Notes: generated by a model not told the origin, from the letters alone. A stretch of 64,000 bases of DNA from Hellea sp. (GCA_020627655.1 JAHDGM010000005.1:2977-66976); one strand, 5' to 3'; counted from the stretch's first letter, positions 47,750-57,052 are shown. Translations and numbers: made by a program.

Positions 47750-48991
47750 TTAAAGGACGACCCGAATTTGTGCATACCGCCCGATCAATTCGTCATTTGG
47801 CATTAGAGACATATCTGTTGTTGATCGGATATTCAGTTCAGGACTGCCCTGCATGGTAAGGGCGTCGGAGACTATCATGGTTCCGCCGCCTGTAATATTA
47901 AGTACGGGACTACCATGTAATTTTAGTTCGGCATTCTTTGTGTAAATTATACCGCTCATATTAATTTCACCGCCGCCCGTAATTTGGTTGGGCGAGCGCG
48001 GATTGATACCGCGTTCCTGGAAAATCGCTACGCCTCGGTAATGGCCTGAATCAGGAGGTGTGACATTCCAGGTCCCGCCAGAATGCAAGTCGAAGTTAGA
48101 GCGTTCACCTTTGAGGTAAAGCATTACGCCTTCACCGGATATACTGGCGTTGGGACCGAGTGAAAAACTACCGTCAGATATGACATATATACCCGGTTCA
48201 AAAACTACATTGGCATTAGCCGGGATAGACAGGCCTCCGCAGTAGTTTCCAGGTTCTATTGAGATAGGTGTGTCTGATTTCCCAAATTTTACCTTATCCT
48301 CACATTCCGGAATGTCGGGCTCTAATAGACTTTTATATGGGTCCTCTAGAGCCGCGCAGCCAAGTTCCGGTGCGGGTGTCCATTTACGACCTTCATATCC
48401 GCCATTTAAGCAAAAATCTGCGCCTAATAGCTCAGGGTTGCCACGGGCCAAAGAGCTGTTTTCAGAGTTTGAGTTATTATGTATATAGCAATTCTCTGTT
48501 GTGATCGTGGGATGGCCTTGCAGACGTATGGATGGTCCGCGGTTTGGCGCATTAACTAAGACACAAGCCGGCTCGAAAATCATCTCGGCAGCTACTTTTG
48601 TAGTGACGGATAGTTCTTTTTTACCCACGAGGGCCATAAGTTGAGTTGACATGACTGTATGCGCCGTAACTGTCGACCGAATTGGGGTAAGGTCTACCTT
48701 CACATCCGGTTGACGGGCTTTAAACGCTGAATGTTGGAAGTTTTCTTTAATATAGAGTTTAGCAACATTTTTACGCTTATCATCCGAATTAGGCGTTGAG
48801 CGCACACTTGCGACGGCAGCACTCTCTGCTGCGTCGCGGAGTTCAGATTTTGCCCGCTGCAAGTTGTTGAGGTCGATGGCTACGCCGACACCAATTAACA
48901 TTGGCACGACACAAAGCGCGCTGATTATGGCAAAATTCCCGGAATTGTCTTTTCCGAGTTTTTTAAGTTTTTCTAAAATGACGTATTTCAT
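47750..48991 (-). CDS. TadE/TadG-like (Flp-pilus-assembly N-terminal domain) protein
   Basis: The N-terminus KDNSGNFAIISALCVVPMLIGVGVAIDLNNL..AAESAAVA is the TadE/G-like pseudopilin-type segment. Start re-picked at MKYVILEK (ATG 48991); ATG 49003 is also possible. Confidence 0.6.
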   Translation of the reverse strand: MKYVILEKLKKLGKDNSGNFAIISALCVVPMLIGVGVAIDLNNLQRAKSELRDAAESAAVASVRSTPNSDDKRKNVAKLYIKENFQHSAFKARQPDVKVDLTPIRSTVTAHTVMSTQLMALVGKKELSVTTKVAAEMIFEPACVLVNAPNRGPSIRLQGHPTITTENCYIHNNSNSENSSLARGNPELLGADFCLNGGYEGRKWTPAPELGCAALEDPYKSLLEPDIPECEDKVKFGKSDTPISIEPGNYCGGLSIPANANVVFEPGIYVISDGSFSLGPNASISGEGVMLYLKGERSNFDLHSGGTWNVTPPDSGHYRGVAIFQERGINPRSPNQITGGGEINMSGIIYTKNAELKLHGSPVLNITGGGTMIVSDALTMQGSPELNIRSTTDMSLMPNDELIGRYAQIRVVL

Positions 48992-49084
48992 TCCAACCCC
49001 CATGCCAGCGTCATAGAGGTTTTGAGTTTGTTTTAGTTTAATAAACTTGCGCGGGATGATAAAAAATAAAAACAAGGTAAATTT

Positions 49085-49105
49085 ACAATAAATAGTGATT
49101 ATTGT
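49085..49105. promoter_or_regulatory. inverted repeat ACAATAA-N7-TTATTGT in the divergent promoter region (candidate operator)
   Basis: 7-bp perfect arms, located 45-65 nt upstream of the small-protein/TonB-receptor operon. Confidence 0.3.
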
Positions 49106-49149
49106 GGGTGGTGTGTTTGTCTTTGTAGACAAATGTTATTTTATACGGT

Positions 49150-49470
49150 ATGCGGGCGACCATGATGCGCCGTGCGTTATATCCTGTTTTGACAGTTTTT
49201 TTGTCAGTACTGTTTCTGTGCCTGCAAAGCGGCGCACAGCTACATAGCCTGCAGGCCTCGGATAATTCTAACCACAAAGACTGTGTTGTTTGTACGGCCT
49301 CAGCCAATGCGGAAGTGAATATTGTCGTTCCTGAACCCGTTTTACGGGGTGTCCCGCTGGTTAAATCTGCATCCGTAACTGAATTTGAAACACATCACGA
49401 AAGCCGGGATTACCGAACCCCGCCGGGCCGTGCCCCGCCGCCGCGAAGTCCCCCGCTTACTCATATTTAA
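49150..49470 (+). CDS. small exported CxxC protein with Pro-rich tail (DUF2946-like?)
   Basis: 106 aa with an N-terminal hydrophobic segment, HKDCVVC, and the C-terminal PPGRAPPPRSPP. Lies 58 nt upstream of a TonB-dependent receptor gene. The family assignment is uncertain. Confidence 0.5.
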   Translation: MRATMMRRALYPVLTVFLSVLFLCLQSGAQLHSLQASDNSNHKDCVVCTASANAEVNIVVPEPVLRGVPLVKSASVTEFETHHESRDYRTPPGRAPPPRSPPLTHI

Positions 49471-49528
49471 ACACAAACCGGCTCGCCCTGGTGAGCTATA
49501 ACTTCTGTTTTTATATGAGGACAATTCC

Positions 49529-51682
49529 ATGTCTGTTTTTACGCAAAACCTATTTCCTAAAGCTATTGCAGCTGTATTTTTATCAACTGTTTCTATGCCT
49601 GCACTGGCGCAGGCACAATCCACTGAAGACGAAATCATTGTGACAGGTGCCCGCCTGCTCGAAGGCTCCATTGATGACGCAATTACGGGCGTATCTGTAC
49701 TCGCTGGGGACGCCCTAGAAGACCGCCTTGCGCCAACGATTGGTGAAACTCTGAAAAGTGAACCAGGCGTGTCGTCCAGCTTTTTCGGGGCCGGAGCGTC
49801 CCGGCCTATTATACGCGGGCAGGGTGGAGATCGCGTCCGTGTCCTGACCAATGGGATTGGCTCTATTGACGCGTCATCCGCGTCACCTGATCATGCTGTT
49901 GCGGCTGAACCTGCTCAGGCTGAGAAAATCGAAGTGTTACGCGGTGCGTCTTTGCTGCGTTTCGGATCTTCTGGATCTGGCGGTGTTGTCAATGTGATTG
50001 ATGGAAGAATACCGCATAGCATACCGGAGGGCAGCGAAGCGGCTGTTCGTATCGGCGCTAGTTCAGTTGACTTAGGCCGCGAACTCGCCGCCTCCGTTGA
50101 CCAGGCAGTGGGCTCTAACGTGGCTTTACATTTAGATGTCACCTGGCGTGAGGCTGACGATTACAGAATACCCGGATTTGCAGAAAGTGAAATTCTGCAT
50201 GAGGCGGAAGAAGCTGAACACGAGGATGATCACGAAGATGAACATGAAGACGATCATGAGCAGGAAGGCCGCGAAGGGGAACAACGTGACCGCTTGGAAA
50301 ACTCTTCATTGAAGTCTTCATCTTTGACCGGCGGATTGTCTTATATTGGTGATAATGGCTTTATAGGCGTTTCGCTTCACCGTTTTGACAGCCGTTACGG
50401 CGTTCCGGGTGGCCATGCTCATGCAGAGGAGCATGGAGATGAGGAAGAGCATGAAGACGAAGAAGATCATGATGAGGACGAACATCACGAGGACGAGCAC
50501 GGCGAAGAGGCAGAAGAGCTTGTGTCCATCGATCTTGAACAAACACGGCTAGATTTTAACGCCGTTCGTGAACTTGATGGTTTTTTTGAACGGGTACAGA
50601 TGTTTGCCGGTTATGCCGATTATAAACATACTGAATTGGAAGGTGCTGATATCGGGACAGTCTTCACCAATGAAGGTTGGGAAGCCCGTCTTGAAGCTAT
50701 ACAGACAGAGAAAAATGACTGGCGGGCTGCTTATGGTATCCAGATTCGTGATCGTGACTTCTCAGCCATTGGCGCAGAAGCCTTTGTGCCGCCCACGAAT
50801 AGCCGTCAATATGGCGCCTATATGTTCCATGAAAAGGACATAGATAATTTACATGTGGAAGGCGCTGCGCGGTTTGAACGGACTGAACAGGATAATAGCT
50901 TAACAGGGCAGGGGCGAAAATTTGATCTGTTAAGCGTCTCAGCTGGCAGCGATATTCATGTGACTGAAGATATCAGAATTGGCGGCACTGTCTTTCGGAC
51001 TGAACGGGCACCAACCACTGAGGAACTGTTTTCTAATGGGCCTCATCTGGCGACTGATGCGTTTGAGCGCGGAAATCCTGCTTTGGGTAAAGAAGTCGCC
51101 AGGGGCGCGGAACTGGCCTATCGCCATAAACATGACAGCCATTTCCTGACCGCGAATTTGTATTATACGGATTATAGTAATTATATTTTCGAGCGCAGAA
51201 CAGATGAAGTCGAAGACGGTTTGGACGTTTTCGAATTTGTGGGTGAAGATGCCACATTTAAAGGTTTCGAAGTTCAGGGCGGATTAGACCTAGGCCAAAT
51301 TGGAAAGGCTGCCTTATCCGTTGATGGGCTGGCTGAATTTGTCAGAGCAAAAACGGATAGCGGTAACCTGCCGCGTATTCCGCCGCTGTCATTATTGGCA
51401 GGCGTAGACGCCGAATGGGATAATTTTTCTGTGAGGGGCGAGATCGATTATGCAGCGTCGCAGAAAAAGATTGCGGCTAATGAACTTACGACCGAGGAAT
51501 ATGCTCTGGTCAATCTGTTCACGACCTGGGACATGCCGGTGGGCGGGGATGAAGTTGTGAAGCTTAAGCTTTCTGTGCTTAACCTTTTAGACACAGAAGC
51601 CCGGCAGCACACATCTTTTCTCAAAGATGTTGTGCCATTACCGGGCCGGAACTTTCGCTTGGCGATGAGCACCAAGTTCTAG
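49529..51682 (+). CDS. TonB-dependent receptor with two His/Asp/Glu-rich inserts (metal, possibly zinc, uptake)
   Basis: Signal peptide, TonB box DEIIVTG, plug motifs (RGQGGDRVRVLTNG), and a terminal ..STKF. The inserts are encoded at 50198..50290 and 50408..50518. Confidence 0.9.
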   Translation: MSVFTQNLFPKAIAAVFLSTVSMPALAQAQSTEDEIIVTGARLLEGSIDDAITGVSVLAGDALEDRLAPTIGETLKSEPGVSSSFFGAGASRPIIRGQGGDRVRVLTNGIGSIDASSASPDHAVAAEPAQAEKIEVLRGASLLRFGSSGSGGVVNVIDGRIPHSIPEGSEAAVRIGASSVDLGRELAASVDQAVGSNVALHLDVTWREADDYRIPGFAESEILHEAEEAEHEDDHEDEHEDDHEQEGREGEQRDRLENSSLKSSSLTGGLSYIGDNGFIGVSLHRFDSRYGVPGGHAHAEEHGDEEEHEDEEDHDEDEHHEDEHGEEAEELVSIDLEQTRLDFNAVRELDGFFERVQMFAGYADYKHTELEGADIGTVFTNEGWEARLEAIQTEKNDWRAAYGIQIRDRDFSAIGAEAFVPPTNSRQYGAYMFHEKDIDNLHVEGAARFERTEQDNSLTGQGRKFDLLSVSAGSDIHVTEDIRIGGTVFRTERAPTTEELFSNGPHLATDAFERGNPALGKEVARGAELAYRHKHDSHFLTANLYYTDYSNYIFERRTDEVEDGLDVFEFVGEDATFKGFEVQGGLDLGQIGKAALSVDGLAEFVRAKTDSGNLPRIPPLSLLAGVDAEWDNFSVRGEIDYAASQKKIAANELTTEEYALVNLFTTWDMPVGGDEVVKLKLSVLNLLDTEARQHTSFLKDVVPLPGRNFRLAMSTKF

Positions 51683-51683
51683 T

Positions 51684-52292
51684 TTATTTTTTCATCATGC
51701 CTTTTTTCTCGATACCGAGAAGCTGGACATTGAAAAGAAGTGTAGCATTTGGAGGAATGGAGCCGCGGCCATTAGGGCCGTAGGCAAGGTCGCCGGGGAT
51801 AAAGAGTGTCCGGGCCTCGCATGGCTTCATATCGCCCATAGCTTCGATCCAGCCTTTGATAACGCCATTTGCCGGAAATTCGATGGGCTCGCCGCGATCA
51901 TAAGAACTGTCAAATTTTTCACCGTCTTTGAAAAAGCCGTGATAATTGACTTTGATGATATCTGTTGGGTCGGGTTTGGCATCGCCTTTACCTTCGCGAA
52001 CGACAATATATTGCAGGCCTGTGGGCGTGGTAATAACACCATCACGCTCACTATTGGCTTTGTGCCAATCCGCACCTTCAATAGTCGCTTCCGGCAGACC
52101 TTCCAGGCTGGCTTTATAAGCTGATGTATCGGTATAAATGTCACTGCCTTCACAGGTTCCGATGACCTTACCATACATGTCTAGTTTCATTTTCTCGACA
52201 TCAGCGCGCAGATCATCAATGTTGGCGTCACTGGCGGGTTGACAGGCTGTTACCGCTAATAAGGCAACAGAAAGCATTGCTAATTTCTTCAT
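51684..52292 (-). CDS. FKBP-type peptidyl-prolyl cis-trans isomerase lipoprotein
   Basis: Lipobox LLAVTAC and an FKBP domain (VNYHGFFKDGEKFDSSYDRGEPIEF, LFIPGDLAYG). Start ATG 52292 with a GGAGAA SD. Confidence 0.9.
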   Translation of the reverse strand: MKKLAMLSVALLAVTACQPASDANIDDLRADVEKMKLDMYGKVIGTCEGSDIYTDTSAYKASLEGLPEATIEGADWHKANSERDGVITTPTGLQYIVVREGKGDAKPDPTDIIKVNYHGFFKDGEKFDSSYDRGEPIEFPANGVIKGWIEAMGDMKPCEARTLFIPGDLAYGPNGRGSIPPNATLLFNVQLLGIEKKGMMKK

Positions 52293-52362
52293 AAGTTTTC
52301 TCCTTGGCGTGGTGCTAATCAAAGCGCCCCTCAATGTAAAGTATGGCGTGTGTGTTGTTAAA

Positions 52363-53406
52363 CTAGCCGCCAGCAGCTTCTATTTCGGGTGACCACTCGC
52401 CCATTGAGGCCAGGCCGTTCATCTTTGCGCGGTGATTGAAGGCTTTTTGCGCGGCATCATAATTAGCGTCTTCACCTTGCCATGCAAATAATGCGGACTG
52501 CTGTAAAGCGCGTCCATAGGAGTAGGTGATGTTCCAAGGGAAACCACCGATCTGGTTCATGGCGTTAAGATTCTCAGTAGCCTGGACATTGTCTTGTCCG
52601 CCAGAAAGGAAGGCTATTCCCGGTACGGCAGATGGGACGCAGGCTTTTAAAACCTGAACCGTACGCTCTGCAACTTCCTCAACGGAGGGCTGAACCGGGC
52701 ATCGTTTTCCGGCCACAACCATATTTGGTTTTAGGATAGTACCTTCCAAGTGAACGCCTTGTTCGTGAAGGTCAGAATACAGACTTTTCAACACATTTTG
52801 CGTCACGTCATAGCAGGTTTGGATGCCATGATAACCGCCCATCAATACTTCGGGTTCAACGATAGGAACAATATTGGCTTCCTGACAGAGGGCAGCATAA
52901 CGTGCCAGAGCATGAGTGTTTGCTTTTATAGCGCCCCAAGTCGGCGTTACCCGATCAGCCGTGTCTGGATTTGAAATTTCGATCACAGCGCGCCACTTAG
53001 CGAATCTGGCGCCGAGCTCATAATATTCATTGAGCCGATCGCGGAGGCCATCAAGTCCCTCAGTGATGGTTTCGCCAGGATGGCCTGCCATTGGCTTAGC
53101 ACCTGTATCAACCTTAATTCCCGGAAGAGCGTCATTGGCTTTGATAAGGTCAACGAGCCTAGTCCCGTCTTTAGCTTGTTGCCGAATGGTTTCATCATAT
53201 AAAATGACGCCAGAAACATGGTTGCGCATGGCATCATCTGTACGGAATAACATCTCGCGCCAGTCGCGGCGTTTGTCTTCAGTTGACTTGGTGTTGATCG
53301 AATCAAAACGCTTTCCGATTGTACCGGTAGATTCATCGGCGGCTAATAGGCCTTGTCCAGGCGTTACCATTTTCACGGCGACTTTATTGAGCTGTTCGAG
53401 GTTCAT
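52363..53406 (-). CDS. fba: class I fructose-bisphosphate aldolase
   Basis: GLLAADESTGTIGKRF and LEGTILKPNMV (Schiff-base Lys region). Confidence 0.92.
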   Translation of the reverse strand: MNLEQLNKVAVKMVTPGQGLLAADESTGTIGKRFDSINTKSTEDKRRDWREMLFRTDDAMRNHVSGVILYDETIRQQAKDGTRLVDLIKANDALPGIKVDTGAKPMAGHPGETITEGLDGLRDRLNEYYELGARFAKWRAVIEISNPDTADRVTPTWGAIKANTHALARYAALCQEANIVPIVEPEVLMGGYHGIQTCYDVTQNVLKSLYSDLHEQGVHLEGTILKPNMVVAGKRCPVQPSVEEVAERTVQVLKACVPSAVPGIAFLSGGQDNVQATENLNAMNQIGGFPWNITYSYGRALQQSALFAWQGEDANYDAAQKAFNHRAKMNGLASMGEWSPEIEAAGG

Positions 53407-54585
53407 TTAACTAACTCCAGTTTTTAAAATTTCCACACCGGGCAAAGCTTTGCCTTCCATCCATTCCAGAAAGGCGCCACCGGCAGTTGAGATAAAAGTA
53501 AAATCATCGGCTGCAGATGCGTGCTTCAGAGCGGCAACCGTATCACCGCCGCCGGCGACAGCAATCAATCCGTTCTTTTTAACACGGCGAGCTGCATATT
53601 GCGCCGCTTCGACGGTTGAAGTATCAAAGGGCGTTATCTCAAACGCGCCCAATGGGCCGTTCCATATAAGTGTTTTGGCGGCGTCAATAGCGTCTAAAAG
53701 CTGCGTAACTGTGTCAGGTCCAGCGTCCAATATCATTTCATGTGGCGCTACTTGATCCAGGGCGCAAACGCGGTGAGGCGCGTGGGCCGCAAACTCAGTG
53801 GCAGCGACCACATCAACAGGCAATAATATCTTACAGTCAGCTTTGTCGGCTGCATCTATAATTTTCAGAGCGGTGTCTTTCAGGTCATGTTCGCATAACG
53901 AGTTGCCAACGTCATAGCCCTGTGCGGCCAAAAATGTGTTAGCCATGCCGCCGCCAATGGCAAGCATGTCAAGCTTGCGCACCAGATTAGATAAAAGGTC
54001 GATTTTGGTCGAAACTTTCGCCCCGCCAACAACACCTAAAACGGGCCGTTTAGGATTTTCCAGAGCCTGCGCCAGGTGATCCAGTTCCCGTTCCATGGAA
54101 AGTCCGGCATAGGCTGGCATAAATGCGGCGAGGCCTGCACTGGAAACATGATTGCGATGCGATGCCGAAAAAGCGTCCTGAACGAATATATCACCAAGAG
54201 CAGCCCACTGTTTTCCGAGGGCTTCATCACTTTTCGTTTCGCCCGGTTGGAAGCGCGTATTTTCAATCAGGGTAATGTTTTCTGTAATGGCGGATGGATC
54301 AAAGCCGTCCGTAAATCCGATTGACTCGCCGAGATGCTCTTGCAGTGTGGGGATTAAGAAATTCAGCGAGAGCTCAGATTTCACTTCGCCTTTGGGCCTG
54401 CCAAAATGTGAAAGAAGGACGACTTTGCCGCCGGCATTTCTGATTGCACGAATAGTCGGCAGGGCTGCCTGAATTCTTGTATCATCAGAAATACTGCCAT
54501 CTTCGCGGCGTGGTACATTGAAATCAACACGCACTAAAGCTGTTTTGCCAGAGAGCGGAGCTGTTTCTAAGCGGCGGAAATCCAT
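53407..54585 (-). CDS. pgk: phosphoglycerate kinase
   Basis: RVDFNVP, SHFGRPKG, and GGGDTVAA. Confidence 0.97.
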   Translation of the reverse strand: MDFRRLETAPLSGKTALVRVDFNVPRREDGSISDDTRIQAALPTIRAIRNAGGKVVLLSHFGRPKGEVKSELSLNFLIPTLQEHLGESIGFTDGFDPSAITENITLIENTRFQPGETKSDEALGKQWAALGDIFVQDAFSASHRNHVSSAGLAAFMPAYAGLSMERELDHLAQALENPKRPVLGVVGGAKVSTKIDLLSNLVRKLDMLAIGGGMANTFLAAQGYDVGNSLCEHDLKDTALKIIDAADKADCKILLPVDVVAATEFAAHAPHRVCALDQVAPHEMILDAGPDTVTQLLDAIDAAKTLIWNGPLGAFEITPFDTSTVEAAQYAARRVKKNGLIAVAGGGDTVAALKHASAADDFTFISTAGGAFLEWMEGKALPGVEILKTGVS

Positions 54586-54588
54586 TGC

Positions 54589-55602
54589 TTATCCTTTGAT
54601 TTGACCTGCCATGACGCGGGCCACATCAATCATTCTGTTGGCAAATCCCCATTCATTATCATACCAGGCGATAACTTTGACCAGATCCCCATCCAGAACT
54701 TTGGTCAGAGGCGCTGCAAATATAGAAGAATTCGGATCATGGTTTAAATCAGATGAGACCAGAGGTTCTTCCGTATATCGCAGGACACCTTTCAGCTTGC
54801 CTTCTGCTGCTTTTTTGACAGCCGCATTCAAATCTTCTGATGTGGTGGCAACTTCCGGCTGAAATGCAAGATCGACCATAGATACGTTTGCAGTGGGAAC
54901 TCTTACCGCAGATCCCGATAATTTACCCAGTAACTCCGGTATGACGAGTCCGACGGCCTTGGCCGCGCCTGTTGATGTGGGGATCATATTTTGTCCCGCG
55001 GCGCGGGCGCGATATAAATCTTTATGGGAATTATCCAGAATACGCTGATCTTGCGTATAGGCATGAACCGTTGTCATGAAACCCCGGCGGATGCCCACGG
55101 TTTCCATGAGAACCTTAGCAAGGGGCGCAAGGCAGTTTGTTGTGCAGGACGCGCAAGACACAACTGTGTCATCGGCTGTCAGGTCTTCATGGTTGACGCC
55201 GTAAACAATCGTTCTATCGACACCATCAGCTGGCGCAGAGATCAATACGCTTTTTGCACCGGCTTCCAGGTGGGGCATTACGCGATCTTTAGTGCGAAAT
55301 ACGCCTGAACACTCCATGACCACATCAACATCCAGTGGGCCCCAATCGGCATCAGCTGGATTACGCTCATGTGTCATCCGGATTTTACCGCGCCCAAAAT
55401 CAATGAAGCCCGGTCCTGTTTTGACTTCCGGAGCAAACCGTCCATGGACGCTGTCATAGCGCAAAAGATGGGCTGAAGTTTCCAGCGCGCCCGGGCTGTT
55501 AATAGCCACAAGCTCTATATCTTGTATGTCATATTCACTGATAGCCCGAGTTACCAGGCGACCAATACGGCCAAAGCCATTAATTGCGATCCGAATCGTC
55601 AT
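54589..55602 (-). CDS. gap: glyceraldehyde-3-phosphate dehydrogenase
   Basis: INGFGRIGR and ASCTTNCLAP. Start re-picked at MTIRIAING (ATG 55602). Confidence 0.97.
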   Translation of the reverse strand: MTIRIAINGFGRIGRLVTRAISEYDIQDIELVAINSPGALETSAHLLRYDSVHGRFAPEVKTGPGFIDFGRGKIRMTHERNPADADWGPLDVDVVMECSGVFRTKDRVMPHLEAGAKSVLISAPADGVDRTIVYGVNHEDLTADDTVVSCASCTTNCLAPLAKVLMETVGIRRGFMTTVHAYTQDQRILDNSHKDLYRARAAGQNMIPTSTGAAKAVGLVIPELLGKLSGSAVRVPTANVSMVDLAFQPEVATTSEDLNAAVKKAAEGKLKGVLRYTEEPLVSSDLNHDPNSSIFAAPLTKVLDGDLVKVIAWYDNEWGFANRMIDVARVMAGQIKG

Positions 55603-55796
55603 GCTACCCACTCTATTTTTTGCGACTGGCCATAGCGCAGAAAGTTTAATTTTCCGTTCGAGCCCTGCAAGGAAACACTTTTTAAATAATGAGCCCGAAA
55701 TGGCTAAGGCTCTGGGTGATGTCAACAAGTTATCGCTTGTTGTGAGGCAATAAATGAGCCATTCTAGGCTAATAATGTTTTGTTTTGGGGAATGAT

Positions 55797-56096
55797 ATGA
55801 ATGACAGCGCTGACATCAAACTGGCCGCTGAGCGTTTGAACCAAGCTTTGCAATCACTTGAACGTTCACTGGATCCCATGGTTGAGGATTTAGGGCGATA
55901 TAAAAAGATTGCGACAGAATCAGAAGGGTTCGCCACCGACCGAAGCCGGCTGGCACAGGAACTGGATGATGCAAAGGCCAGAGAAGAAACTTTGAAAAGC
56001 CGTCAAGTTGATTTTAAAGCACTAGCGGATGAGACGACCACAGAACTTGATCGGGCCATTTCCAAAGTTCGTGAAGTATTAGAACGAGGGGCGTAA
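55797..56096 (+). CDS. DUF4164-like coiled-coil protein
   Basis: About 99-aa coiled coil immediately upstream of, and overlapping (TAATG), zapA. ATG 55797 with a GGGGA SD. Confidence 0.6.
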   Translation: MNDSADIKLAAERLNQALQSLERSLDPMVEDLGRYKKIATESEGFATDRSRLAQELDDAKAREETLKSRQVDFKALADETTTELDRAISKVREVLERGA

Positions 56097-56461
56097 TGGC
56101 TAAAATCAATATCACTGTTAATGGCCGTCGTTATGCTTTGGGCTGTGATGACGGAGAAGAAGAACGTCTCATGATTTTGGGACAAAAGCTTGATAACCGG
56201 ATTAAAGACTTGGCCAATCAATTCGGACAAATCGGTGATCTTCGTCTGCTTGTCATGTCTGGTCTTACTATGCTGGATGAGCTTGAGGATACGGATAGTC
56301 TTGTCGAGCAAAAGGCAGAACGTTTGGCTGCCGATGTCAGGCGGGCCAGTGAAGATGCTGTCAGTGCAGCTCGGCGTCAGCAGGCCCAAGCTGCTAGCAC
56401 CCTTTTAGAGGCGGCGCAGCGGATTGAGAAACTGGCCGATAAGCTCAATACGGGCGATTAG
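56096..56461 (+). CDS. zapA: cell division protein ZapA
   Basis: INITVNGRRYALGCDDGEEERL...L is a ZapA-type N-terminus, followed by a coiled-coil tail. Confidence 0.85.
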   Translation: MAKINITVNGRRYALGCDDGEEERLMILGQKLDNRIKDLANQFGQIGDLRLLVMSGLTMLDELEDTDSLVEQKAERLAADVRRASEDAVSAARRQQAQAASTLLEAAQRIEKLADKLNTGD

Positions 56462-57052
56462 CTATTTGCGATAAGCTTTTTTGATGATCACGGGCTGTTT
56501 CAAAAACTGATTGGGCGTCACAGGATCATCGTCATTATTGGTTTCGCCTTGCTGAATGACTCTCACCACATCAAGTCCTTTGGTCACTTTACCAAATACT
56601 GCGTAACCTTGACCATCGGGATTACGCTCGCCGCCAAAATCCAAGAACGTATTGTCTTCAGCGTTGATGAAAAAATACGCTGCGCTTCCTGTTCCGGGGG
56701 CATCCCTGGCAATAGCCACTGATCCTGCAATATTGGAAAGACCGCTTTTTTCTGTTGTTTCATGGTCTATGGATTGTGTCAGTTTTTCCAAATCCAGACG
56801 TCCGCCTTGGATGAGAGACATACCCATCTCTTTTGGGTCGTTGTCTGGGTGGACTACGCGGTAAAAGCCCTGATTGTCATAGAGCCCTTCATCCACATAA
56901 TACAGAAAGTCTGCGGCAGAAATGGGCGCCTGCTTGGTCAGGACCTGAATGTGGATATTACCTGCTTCCGTTTCCAGGACGACCGTATTGCTTTTCGCAT
57001 TACATGCCGACAATCCGGCAATAGCCATGCTGACTATGATAAATTTCTTCAT
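56462..57052 (-). CDS. cyclophilin-type peptidyl-prolyl isomerase lipoprotein
   Basis: Lipobox IAGLSAC, plus GFYRVV, GSVAIARD..GTGSAAYFFIN and YAVFGKV. Confidence 0.9.
   Translation of the reverse strand: MKKFIIVSMAIAGLSACNAKSNTVVLETEAGNIHIQVLTKQAPISAADFLYYVDEGLYDNQGFYRVVHPDNDPKEMGMSLIQGGRLDLEKLTQSIDHETTEKSGLSNIAGSVAIARDAPGTGSAAYFFINAEDNTFLDFGGERNPDGQGYAVFGKVTKGLDVVRVIQQGETNNDDDPVTPNQFLKQPVIIKKAYRK

Noticed and set aside
48992-49132. 47-codon N-terminal extension of the TadG-like ORF (MSTKTNTPPTIITIYCKFTLFLFFIIPRKF...).
   Set aside because: It is AT-rich and overlaps the candidate operator and promoter region. The TadE/G-like domain normally begins right after the initiator region, so ATG 48991 (or 49003) is more plausible.
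49342-49851. 169-aa minus-strand ORF overlapping the small CxxC gene and the 5' end of the TonB receptor gene.
   Set aside because: Arg/Ser/Pro-rich with no motifs, and entirely shadowed by two plus-strand genes that have signal peptides and a TonB box.
55603-55728. 42-codon N-terminal extension of the gap ORF, and similar extensions on the atpB, ppx, tesB, ftsH, folP, cpoB and FKBP ORFs.
   Set aside because: The conserved N-termini (e.g. MTIRIAINGFGRIGR) start at internal ATGs with SD-like sequences. The extensions come from longest-ORF calling.
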